From assembly GCF_001447785.1 (NCBI RefSeq), contig NW_015164672.1:873744-937743 (forward strand): a stretch of DNA of 64,000 bases. The letters run 5' to 3'. Source of the stretch: Gekko japonicus. Taxonomy: Eukaryota. Both the position numbers and the translations under genes were made by a program. This document shows, one piece after another, positions 1 to 10,795 of this stretch; positions within the stretch are counted from its first letter, which is position 1, and the number at the start of each line of letters is the position of its first letter. The notes beneath the pieces are model-generated. The model did not search any database. It had not been told where the DNA came from and saw only the letters and a program-made list of their open reading frames with translations.

Positions 1-946
1 AACATGCTAACTCATCTATCGAGGCAAGAACAAATATTTCTCCCCACACCACACAGAGAGACCATCTGAAGGACAAAACGACACCAGAAGCACTAATGAC
101 CAATGGCATTACTCGGCACATACTTGAGGGACACATTCTTCCAGCTACACTGCAGACACGGGGCGAGGGGGGGGGCGGGGTATGAGCAAATGTACAGTTC
201 TAGCAAGGCATGTTCTGGGGTACAATGTCAGGATGTTCAAATTAGTGACAAGGGTAAACTGTTACTCCATGTGGCCTCCCTGCCTCATTCCTCAGGCATA
301 TGAAAAAGAGCTAAAATAAGGTTTTAGACGTGTTCAGAGAGACCTGAACTGGTGGAACAGCAGAGGTGATTAATCCATTCCACTGATGTTTCCTGATTCT
401 TTTAAAAAAATAGGGTATTATTCTCAGGGAAACAGGAAAAGCAATCAGGCACATCTCTCCAGTAACAGGAAGAAGGCTCTGATGTCCAAGAACACGGTGT
501 GAGCCTCCCTAAATTCCACTTAGGCGGGTGGGGAGATGGAGGAGAAATCCTTTGGACTGACTCACAGAGTCCAAGGGTGTGCCTGCTTTGGGGCTTTGGC
601 AATAAACCAGAAGTACAAGGAAAGCCCTTCAAGAGCAAGACATCACAGAAGAATCCTGTATTGTTTTGCTGCTCACATGGTCCATCAACATCAGGGGTCT
701 CCAGGGTAACCCTGGGGACACGTTTGGAATTTGGAGTATGGAGAGTGGGCAGGACCACAAGATGGTTGTCCCGGGGTTCTTGGGGCAATCAGAACACACA
801 GGGAGGTTGCAGCCCAAGCATCCTCCTATCGCGGAGGCAACTAGTGCTGAATGGGTGCTACCTGTGGGCACAAAGGTGTGCTTCTGCAGCATCTCCTGGT
901 CTGCAGTCAGACAGGCAGGTTGGCATGGTTTGGGCACACCCCTAAT

Positions 947-1200
947 CAGGGGTTGTTTCATAGAAAAAGAGCTAGGGGAACTCATTAGCATAACTCACTA
1001 GCATATGCCACACCCCCTGACATCAGGGGCCCGGCGGTGGACCTGCAAGGCCGGCGGGAGTGCGAGGAAGCCCCGCGAAGGCCCTCCCTGGCCCCAGGCA
1101 GGCAGGGGTGGGGAGAGGCGGGGAGGAAGCAACTTACCCTCCCTCTTCTCCTGCCTCCTCCTGGCTGAATGAGGGCCGGAAGCGGGGCGGCCGGAAGCAG
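947..1200 (+). mobile_element. Non-autonomous hAT-type element (CAGGGGTCATTTC family), partial
   Basis: Near-identical inverted copy of 30438-30698; right end and TSD not resolved. Confidence 0.7.
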
Positions 1201-1924
1201 TGATGGAGGTTTTTGATCAGACTCCCACCCTGATCCGGCCTCACCGCGTGCTTCTTCCATGGCTGACCCTTCAGATTAGTGCTGCGCTTCAACCACGGAG
1301 TGCGTGGTCTGGTCTTTTTTTTTTTTAAACAACCCAACTTTGATGGGGTTTTGGAGAACGTTCTACCGTTTTAAAGCAAAATACGGCAAAACCAGAACTA
1401 AAGGTTCACACTTTGAACCGGTTTGAGCATGCACCAGGGGCATTGAGACATCCAGAAATGCGGGACCAATACACAGAGATCTGTAAGCAGCTGATTGTTT
1501 CTGGTGGCTATTTACTCCATACCCAACTCGTCATACGATGGGGTGAGTACGACTGGGGAATGGCTGCCAGATGTGGATGTGTGAATGAGCCCATTTAATC
1601 CATTAGGGTAATGCAACTATATCAGGCCAAACTGCCCATCTGACTGCAGCCCTGATCTAATGAGGTGGAAGGAAGTCAGTATTGGCTATTTACTTTGGAG
1701 GGGAAGTGAGTGGGTACCAGAAAACCCATCAAGAGACACTGTGGTACCCACGACCACTGTTCTTGGGGGTCACTGATCTACATTGTTCAAGCCAGTCCCA
1801 CAGTTGACCCCAACACCTGCAGTAGAGGTGGATGTAGGGAACCATGAGGGAGATTTATGTAGTGCACATTTCTTCCATGTCAACCATGGAAACTTCCTTT
1901 GGTGGGACAAGGAAGACCTTTGAG

Positions 1925-2333
1925 CAGGGGTCATTCCCTGCAGGAGCGCACAGGAGCGGAGCTCCGGCAGTAAAGAGCCCAGGGGGCGGGCACATGCAAC
2001 AAGCCCCACCCCCTGCTCCCAGAAGCCCTCAGTCAGAGCAAGAAACAGCCAGGTAAGTTGCAGAGCTCCCCCTGGCCCCCCAGTCCAAAACAGTCCAGTG
2101 GCACCTTTAAGACCAAGTTTTATTCAGGTACAAGCTCTCCCTCCTCTGCGAGGACAGATCTGCATGCCCCCCCCAATAGCTAGCAATCCAAAACAGTCCA
2201 GTGGAGCCTGAGGGGTGGGTGTTGCCTTCTGACACGCTTCTGGTGATGTCAGGGGGTGTGGCATATGCAAATAAGTTATGCTAATGTTATGTTGATGAGC
2301 TCCTGCACCTCTTTTTCTACGAAATGACCCCTG
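1925..2333. mobile_element. hAT-type MITE, TIR CAGGGGTCATT
   Basis: TIRs plus perfect 8-bp TSD CCTTTGAG (1917-1924 / 2334-2341). Confidence 0.88.
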
Positions 2334-3462
2334 CCTTTGAGTGATATCTTAGAGAGCTGCTCTTGGAGCAGACAGATCTGAGTAGGTCAGGCAGACTAAC
2401 ATACTAATTCAGTCTAAAGCACCTCTTTAGATTGTCCCTCTCAAGCCCTTCCTTGTTCTTTCAAAGTGACTGGAGCAGGTATGAATTCAAATTAGCTAAA
2501 CACACATTTGGGATGGAGGAACAAGACTTGCCCAGCAGACAAGCATGGCTTCCAGGCAGGTTTCTGCCCTGGCTCTCTTTCAAGGAATTAAGCACCATGT
2601 TTACCTGTGAATGACATGGTTTTTGAGAGGCCTTTCTGAAGTGGACATTATACCTGTCCCAATATACCCTTCTACAGTTCATTTTGATGAAGAGAGGACA
2701 CAAGGATGCTTAGAAGCAGCACTGTTTGGCCTTTGGTTGCATTACCAGCTATGCAGTGGCCAGCTCTGGTTCCTCAGTCATGGGGGGAAACAACCGGCAA
2801 ATCCTGGTATGAAAAGACCCTGTGATGCATGCTGCCGTAGCTCGTGGATGTAACAGATAAAGTGCTACTCCTGCAAACAGCTCTCCAAGGACTCTGAAAG
2901 TGGTATATTCTAGTTCTGCAGCCTAGTTCCATTTTTGAAAACTGGAACAGCAAAGAGCCCGAAGGCACTTAAAAAAATTAACACATTTGTTGTGGCATTT
3001 GTTTTCATGAGCCACGGGGGAGGAGGGAATTGTGGGTAGATGTTAAAACATTCCCTTTGCAGGTAGCTGGTGCCCAGTCCAATTCCTGGCAGTTCCAGTT
3101 TAATGATATGAAATGGGCAGATGTTGGGAAACATCTCGCTCTAAGCTAGTTGGTCCCAGCGTCTAAGTCTGTAGAAGGGAACTTCATATGAGCAGGTAGA
3201 GTGTAGAGTTAGAGTGTCCGACTAGGACCTGGGAGATTCAAATCCCCACTGTGCTATGAAAGCCTGTTGAGTGATCTTGGGCCAGTTACACATAAAGGAA
3301 GGAAATAAATAAATAAATATGCAACCACTTCAGCAGCTGCATGTGTGGGTTTTGGAAAGTGCGCCTCTGGACATTTTTCACTGGAGATGCCGAAGATGGA
3401 AACTGGGACTCTGCAAATGATTCGCTGGGCTATGGCCCCACACCAGTGATGCCACATTTTAC

Positions 3463-3965
3463 ATCCAGGTGGCCAGCCATATTGGTCTGAAGCCGTAGAA
3501 CAAAGTTTGAGTCCAGTGGCACTTTTAAGAGCAACAAAGTTTTATTCGAAGTATAAACTTTCGTGTGTAAGCACGCTTGTTTAGGTACAATGAAACAGAA
3601 TTTCCTCAACCATTAGATATAGGAAGAGAGAGGGTGGGAGGGGTTAGTCGCCGGGAAGGGCCAATTAGAGTCAAGACAGAGACAGAAACAAATTGGAAAT
3701 TACCAGTCCATACATATAGGTAGAGGGTGAGCAGTAAATTATCATACAGCATAATGAAGATGTTTAACAGATTCAAGGTTCTCTCTCTCTCTTGACTCTA
3801 ATTGGCCCTTCCTGGCAACTAACCCCTCCCTCCTTCTATATGTAATGGTTGAGGGAATTCTGTTTCACTGTATCTGAGGAAGTGTGTGCTTGGACACGAA
3901 AGTTTATACCTTTGAATAAAACTTCATTGGTCTTAAGAGGGCCACAGGGCTCAAACTTTGTAACG
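3463..3965. mobile_element. Penelope-like element fragments in inverted (fold-back) arrangement
   Basis: About 3500-3690 is inverted relative to about 3790-3965; carries a CTGAGGA...CACGAAAG hammerhead-type motif and the tail typical of reptile Penelope-like elements. Confidence 0.65.
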
Positions 3966-4095
3966 TTTTACAAATATATATCTTTGCCTTATCCCTTGGG
4001 CAGCAGGATTCAACCTGTCACACGTCACACAGCAGCAGAGTAGCACAGAATATGTCACGTGCTGTTAAGCTTAGCAATAGGAAAATGGTTTTAGG

Positions 4096-4345
4096 TAGGG
4101 ATGCCAGCCTCCAGGTGGGACCTGAGGATCCCCTAGAATTACACCTCATCTCCAGACTACAGAGATCAGTTCCCCTGCAGAAAGTGGATGCTTTGGAAGG
4201 TGGAATTTATGGCACTGTACCCCACTGAGGTCCCTGTCCTCCCCAGGCTCTACCCCCAAATCTCCAGGAGTTTCCCAACCTGGATCTGGCCATCCTACCC
4301 CCCCCCATTGCCCTCCGGTGGCCAGAGAGTACCTGGCAATCCTAG
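4096..4345. mobile_element. TAGGGTTGCCA-type DNA-transposon-derived repeat (other copies near 12023-12213, 14972-15435, 16214-16455, 26088-26298, 27540-27700, 28805-29014, 33843-34043, 35592-35793, 63880-64000)
   Basis: Recurrent TIR TAGGGTTGCCA/TGGCAACCCTA and a shared internal core (ggagatttgggggtggag...ctccaggggaactgatctct). Confidence 0.75.
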
Positions 4346-4437
4346 TATTAGGGCATGGCCCTGCCCAAAGAGAAGCCCTAACCCACCGTACACACACATC
4401 TCTTCTACGCCTTTCCTGCAGTCCACTCCTTGCTCAC

Positions 4438-4605
4438 CTGTGTGACAGAGCAGATGCTGGCCTCCACCTGCCGCACTTCAGTGGCCTGCAAGTCCAGTAT
4501 CCTGAGGATGTCATTGGCCAGGGTGCTGATTTGGTAGGCCACGCTGGCTAAAGACTGAGTCGCGAAGGCCATGGTTTCCTCTAAGGCTTTCCGCTTGTCT
4601 TGTGC
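4438..4605 (-). CDS. ABI3: ABI family member 3, coding exon 2 ([56 protein letters not shown])
   Basis: Manual translation matches the ABI N-terminal WAVE-binding region ([19 protein letters not shown]). Acceptor ctttag, donor gtgag; 168 nt, phase 0/0. Later exons were not found in the window. Confidence 0.95.
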
Positions 4606-4686
4606 CTAAAGGATTGGGGGGGGGGGGTTGTTATTAAAAGTCTGAGAACCATGTGACAAATCACAACAGCAACAGGTTATACAGAG

Positions 4687-4865
4687 CAGGGATGTGCACT
4701 GCGATATTTCTGATCCGAAATGGTGGCCGAAATTCTGGTTAGTTTTGTTTCGGGTATTTCCCATCCAAAGCTAAACAGGAAATTTCAGGCACTGTTTTGG
4801 AGTCAAACTGTCCAAACACTTTCAGGCACTGTTTTGGAGTCAAACTGTAAAAACACACACCCCTA
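4687..4865. mobile_element. hAT-type MITE (TIR (C/T)AGGGATGTG) with an internal ~38-bp tandem repeat
   Basis: 8-bp TSD ATACAGAG (4679-4686 / 4866-4873). A related element lies at 32862-33198. Confidence 0.7.
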
Positions 4866-6835
4866 ATACAGAGGTGTTTTCAGTGGCTACCCCTCAAGTA
4901 TGACATGCAACTTCTTTCCCATCCTTACCTAGGGGAGCAGACCTTCATCTGCTATGGACCTGACCTTTGTTTACAGTGTGATATCAAAAACACAGTGAAT
5001 ATTTTGTGCAGACCTGCAGTCCTCATAGGGAGTATCCGACTGGAATGCAGCTTACACTTCAGTCTTGAGCCACTCCCTGCAAAACAGCCTGTGTGCAAGG
5101 TGTAGTGCTTACAGTGATTGATTAAGATCTGGGAGACCCAGATTCGAATCCACACTCTGCTCTGGAAGCTTGCAGGGTGACCTTGGGCCAGTCTCTCTCT
5201 CTCTCAGCCTAAGCTACCTCACAGTGAGGATAAAACAGAGGAAAGGGGAATGATGTTGTGAGCCACTTTGGATCCTCGCTGGAGGGGGAAATGGGGTATA
5301 AAACGAACAAAAGGGAGATGAATGCTTGCATGCATGTTGGAATGTTATCAGTCCAGCGCCACCCACACACTCATCTGTCCTTAACGGTGACAACTGTCCC
5401 TTTCCCATTCCTAAGTGTGGACGGATGTTTTCATTTGCTGATGCTTCTTTCTGTTTACATTCCAGGGGGAGGTGCCCTCAGGCCAAGCCTGGACCCTGGG
5501 CAGTGTTCCAACTAGCAACTAAATATTGCCAGGGAATAAAGTATATTCCTTGTAGCAATTTGGCCGATGCACATGATCTGACCTATCACACTACTGGGAG
5601 CAGGGAAAAGACCGTTTCCCTGCATCTGATTAGTCTGTGAAGGGGTTTTTTTGCCTCCTTCTTCAAAGCATGCATCTTGGCGCATTTGCCCAAACCATCT
5701 GGCACAGTCTGTGCAGTCGGGAACTTTCTACAGTTGCACCTGTTTTCTGGAGGAAACAGAATCTTGTGGCGCCTGAAAGGCTCACACATTTCTTGAAGGC
5801 AAGCTTAAGCACGAAGTGAAAGTCCGGTCAGCAGAAATATACACACTGGGGGGGGGGGAGGTTGTTAAGAGTCAAGTGAAACACTCTGAAATGCAAGTAT
5901 TGTTCGTGATGCTTCTGTCCAAAACTCAGAAGCCCCTGAGTATGTGACGCAGAGGTCTGCCTCTCATGGAAGGGGCAGGCCGAGATGGGTTAGGTGCCCT
6001 TTAGGTACCATCTGACTCCACAATAATAAATCCAGAGGGGTAGCCGTATTTCTCACTGAAAAAACAAACAGGAGTCTTGGGGCACCTTATGAAAAACTAG
6101 CAACACTTTTTTCCAGCGTTAACGTCCATGCTTGGGCGATTCTGCATCTAGCATTCGCTCCACATTTTCTCAACTGGGAGGAAAAAGTGCAGCTCAAAAC
6201 CACATTCAAATACCCCCTACTGACTGCAAAGTCACCCCTGAACAGCCATAAAATGGCCATAAATCTATGCAGGAGGTACCATAACATCCGATGATCAAAG
6301 GAAGCAAAAGCAGCATGGCGTGTGGAGGCTACCATAAAATCCAGTGAACAAAGGAAGTGAAAGCAGCTTGCAAGGCAGAGGGGAATTTCTGTTCCAACAT
6401 GGGTTTGCTAAAACAATGGAGGGAAACACCAATGCAGAATCAGCCGTTGTTCCAAAGCATCTGAAGAAGTAGGTTGCATTCCAAGAAAACTGGAGGAACG
6501 TTATTAGTCTTTAAAGCGCTACAAGACTCCTGTGGTTCCATGATGAAGGACGCATAACCTTCCCAGGTGGATCCCAGTGATGGCAGCCCCACGAGAACTG
6601 AGTGTGTATTTTGGAACTCACTGCACAGTCACTCCTGGAGTGCAGACTTGGTTTGTAGAAGGAACAAGCAAGCATCGAATTCTTCCAATGGCCAGCTCCC
6701 CGTTTGAAGAGAGGATGAGCCTTAAAATCCCCTGGAAACTCTGCAGAAGATTTCGGTGCCACTTGCCATTGGCATTGAAAGCAAATTATGCCATGAGTGT
6801 GGTTTTGCCCTCATTGGGCAGAAAGGCAGCATATG

Positions 6836-6836
<1 letters not shown>

Positions 6837-6900
<64 letters not shown>
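6837..6900 (+). repeat. (GAAA)16 microsatellite
   Basis: Read directly from the sequence. Confidence 0.97.
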
Positions 6901-6902
<2 letters not shown>

Positions 6903-7244
6903 GTGGTACAGGGGGTAGACTGTCAAACTAGGATCTGGGACATCCAGGTTCAAATCTGCACTCTGCCATGGAAGCATGCTGGGTGACCTTAGGCCAGCCC
7001 CTCTCTCTCAGCCTTGCCTACCTCACAGGGTGGTTGTTCTGTGAGGATAAGATGGAGGAGGAGAGAACGATGTTGTAAACCACTTTGGATCCTCACCAGA
7101 AGGAAAGGCGTGGTATAAGTATCTCATAAATAACAAGCCTGGCTTTTTGCTTGGCTTCCAGCACCTGGGTCCCACACGGAACTTTTGCTATCCTAGGAAG
7201 GCTGCCTAGCGTGTCTACACGGAACCTTTCACGTTGCGACTCAC

Positions 7245-7361
7245 CCCCTCGTAGTTGCTGTCGCAGTAATCCGCCACTTTCAGCAGGTTCTTGTAGTTGT
7301 CCCGCAGGACCTCCCTGGCGCAGGGGATGGTGCTTTCCGTCAACTGCTGGAACTCAGACAT
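7245..7361 (-). CDS. ABI3: ABI3 coding exon 1 (MSEFQQLTESTIPCAREVLRDNYKNLLKVADYCDSNYEG)
   Basis: ATG at 7361, 117 nt, donor gtgagt. Resembles the human ABI3 N-terminus (L.VADYC..NY) and splices in frame to 4605. Confidence 0.93.
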
Positions 7362-7379
7362 GTTGCTGCTTTGCCGGTC

Positions 7380-7730
7380 TCCTCACTTCCTCCTGAGGGC
7401 ACGCCGTCTCCGCAGAGTGGTTCTGAACCCCACGGCTCTCTGCAACACAAGCACACACGTGGGCCGTGTGGGGACTGTCTTATGCTCAATTGCCTTCCAT
7501 ACATGGGCTGCTCCCTCCCCTTAGGCTTGCCCAGAAAACATCTTGCAGAGATGGGTTGCTGTCCTCAGCCTGCCCAAGAACTCCTCGACGTCCCTTGGAC
7601 TCTGAGAGCGTGAGCACCTGCATTCTATGCGTGAGATGCGGAAAATGCCTGGCTCCATGAGGACAAAAGGGATGAGATTGAACAGAGGAAATGTTGGGGC
7701 GGGGAAGGAACCGTCTAGAGAGGAAACCAG
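7380..7730 (-). promoter_or_regulatory. Putative ABI3 5'UTR/promoter with ETS/PU.1-type and GC-box motifs
   Basis: GAGGAAGTG on the minus strand at 7384-7392, further GAGGAA cores near 7685 and 7720, GGGGCGGGG near 7696. Motif match only. Confidence 0.4.
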
Positions 7731-8130
7731 TATTTTTAGAGTCAGGCAGGCTTTACCGATCACAGATCTTGCTAGCGGGAGTTGAGAGAGCAATAACTGG
7801 TTTCCACAACTCGGCAAGCTAGGCAGATGTCTCGTATAGCTTCACAAGGGGCTGTGGCTTCGGTGTGGGAATAGCTGAGGTTATGCCGACATATCACATT
7901 GAGGCGCGTGCGTCTTGTAGTCACAGCCACCATGGGGGAGGTGCTGAGCATGAGGCAAACAAGAGCTTGAGTAAGTATTTGGATGGGAAAACACCAAGGA
8001 AGTCCAGGGTCACGAGGCAGAGGCAGGCCATGGCAAAACCACTTTTGTAAGTCTCTTGCCTTGAAAACCCTACAGGTGCACCATGTCAGCTGTGCCTTGA
8101 TGGCACTTTAAACGGACACACCTTTCTTCG

Positions 8131-8760
8131 AACATAAGAACATAAGAGACGCCAAGGTTGGATCAGGCCAAAGGCCCATCCAGCCCAACACTCTGTATCA
8201 CACAGTGGCCAGAAATACCAGTGCCATCAGGAGGTCCACCAGTGGGGCCAGGACATTAGAAGCCCTCCCACTGTTGACCCCCCCCCCAAGCACCAAGAAG
8301 ACAGAGCATCACTTGCCCCAGAGTCCCTATCTATACCTTGTGGCTAATAGCCACTGCTGGACCTCTGCTCCATATGCTTATCTAATTCCCTTTTGAAGCC
8401 GTCCATGCTTGTAGCCGCCACCACTTCCTGTGGCAGTGAATTCCAAGTGTTAATCACTCTTTGGGTGAAGAAGTACTTCCTTCTATCTGTTCTAACCCGA
8501 CTGCTCAGCAATTTCATTGAGTGCCCACGAGTTCTTGTATTGTGAGAAAGGGAGAAAAGTACCTCTTTCTCTACCTGCTCTTTCCCATGCATAATCTTGT
8601 AAACCTCAATCATGTCACCCCTCAGTCGTCATTTCTCCAAGCTAAAGAGCCCTAAGCGCTTTAACCTTTCCTCATAGGGAAAGTGTTCCAACTCTTTTAT
8701 CATTCGAGTTGCCCTTTTCTGCACTTTTTCCAAAGCTATAATATCCTTTTTAAGGTGTGG
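8131..8760 (-). mobile_element. CR1 LINE 3' fragment (ORF2 C-terminus plus 3'UTR)
   Basis: ORF 8344-8613 MIEVYKIMHG...RTRGHSMKL...FFTQRVINTWNSLP is the CR1 ORF2 tail; (TTCTTATG) end repeat. Related 3' ends near 30140-30425, 46500-46790, 50345-50655; another CR1 subfamily near 11315-11660. Confidence 0.92.
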
Positions 8761-9223
8761 ATCTTCACTGGAAGATTCAAGGCCACTTACGAACGCAACG
8801 CCAGGTTGCAGTAGCTATAATAGGCTGCTTCTTTTTACATTGTAGCTGAGCACTCTATTTGGATTTCGAATATTGCAGACTGGGCCTAAACAGATCCACA
8901 GATGTATTAATTAAAACACACTTGGATAAGTGGCCCATGTTGCATTTTAAGAAAATTTATTCCCATTTACTCCACGGGTGGACATCTCTGTGTGAGTAAG
9001 GTCTGCACTGTATTTGATAATGGTTGGTTTTTAGGTCCATTCTGTACAGGATGACTTTGAAATATATTGATGTTTAACTTAGGGTTGCCAGGTCCCCTTG
9101 CGGTCGTGGCGGGGGGATTGGGGGGGCATTCCAGGGTTGGCAGGACATTGCGTACAACAACATCCCCAGCACAATGACATCACCCAGAAGTGTCTACACG
9201 GAACCTTTCACGCTGCGACTCAC

Positions 9224-9340
9224 CCCCTCGTAGTTGCTGTCGCAGTAATCCACCACTTTCAGCAGGTTCTTGTAGTTGTCCCGCAGGACCTCCCTGGCGC
9301 AGGGGATGGTGCTTTCCGTCAACTGCTGGAACTCAGACAT
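9224..9340 (-). pseudogene. ABI3: Duplicate of ABI3 coding exon 1 (ATG and donor intact, one A>V change)
   Basis: 9190-9396 repeats 7211-7417 with 2 substitutions and is flanked by transposon-derived sequence. Confidence 0.8.
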
Positions 9341-10062
9341 GTTGCTGCTTTGCCGGTCTCCTCACTTCCTCCTGAGGGCACGCCGTCTCCGCAGAGGCCT
9401 GGGGGATGGATCAGGCCCCAAGAGGGCTTCTATCAGGCCTGCAGTGGAACAGGCTGTCTTCTGCTTCTTCTTCCAGCATAGCTGCGTCATCGTAACTTAC
9501 AGATTTTGATGCAGTAATTCAAAGCAAGAGGTGTCAGTTATCAGACACTGTTAAACAGGGGTCATTTCGTAGAAAAAGAGGTGCAGGAGCTCATTAGCAC
9601 ATTGGCTTCTTTTATGTTCTTATGGAGTGCTCAGCTTGTATTTCACCAAGGAGGAAGGCTTTTTAGCCTAAACACATTTGGCTCCTGTATTTGGATACAT
9701 TTTGTACCTATTAACCTGTATGTATATATTCTGACATTTGTCCTGATACCAGGTATAGGAACTTATATACAGAACCATAGATACGTGGTCTTTATTGTGA
9801 TTTTAATATTTCCTATGCTTAGCCATATTTTATTATAGTTTTTGTCTCAGCCTTTTTAGTTACCCTTGGCAGTAACTATAAAACCAACGTCAACATTCGG
9901 CCAATACATATGGCATAACTCAAACGGCCTAAAGAGAGACGGGTACCCAGAGTGCAGGTTAGAGTGCCGCACTAGGATCTGGGAGACCTGGGTTCAGATC
10001 CACAGTCTGCCATGGAAGCTTGCTGGGTGACCTCAGGCCAGTCACACGCACTGAGTCTAACC

Positions 10063-10795
10063 CAGGGGTGTCAAATATGCGGCCTGGGGGATGGATCATC
10101 AGGCCCCCGGAGGGCTTCTATCAGGCCTGCAGTGGAACAGGCTGCCTTCTGCTTCTTCTTCCAGCATGCTGCTGCTATGTCATCGTAACTTACAGATTTT
10201 GATGCAGTAATTCAGAGCAAGAGATGTCAGTTATCAGACACTGTTAAACAGGGGTCATTTCGTAGAAAAAGAGGTGCAGGAGCTCATTAGCATACCTCAT
10301 TAGCATAACTTATTTGCATATGCCACACCCCCTGACATCACCGGAAGTGTGTCAGAAGGCAACACCCACCGCTCAGGCTCCTCTGGACTGTTTTGGATTG
10401 CTGGCTATGGGGGGGGACACACGCAGATCTGCCCTCACAGAGGAGGGAGAGCTTGTACCTGAAGGCGGGCCGGGGGGAGGGGGCTCTGCAACTTACCTGG
10501 CTGCTTCTTGCTCCTTGTGGCCCAACTGAGGGCTGCTGGGAGCAGGGGGCGGGGCTTGCTCCTGTGCACTCCCGCAGGAAATTACCCCTGCTGTTAAATA
10601 AACAAAATGTTGCAAGAGTGCTAAAGTTTTAAGCATGTTTTTATTTTAAGTAAAAACACCCTTTGTGTTTGTGTCCTTTATAAAGGTTATATCTCCGCTA
10701 CCTGGCATTACATTTTATGGGACACATGGCCTGGCCCGACGAGGTCTCATTTATGTCAGATTCGGCCCTCATAACAAATGAGTTCGACACCCCTG
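10063..10795. mobile_element. hAT-type element (TIR CAGGGGTGTC) inserted in a MIR/Squam3-like SINE and containing a nested MITE at 10249-10590
   Basis: Outer TSD GTCTAACC/CTCTAACC; inner MITE has perfect TSD CTGTTAAA. Confidence 0.8.

Noticed and set aside
1770-1920. Possible ABI3 exon 3 (minus-strand MVDMEE...)
   Set aside because: Lacks the expected H.EKVARREIG motif; exon 3 is probably outside the window.
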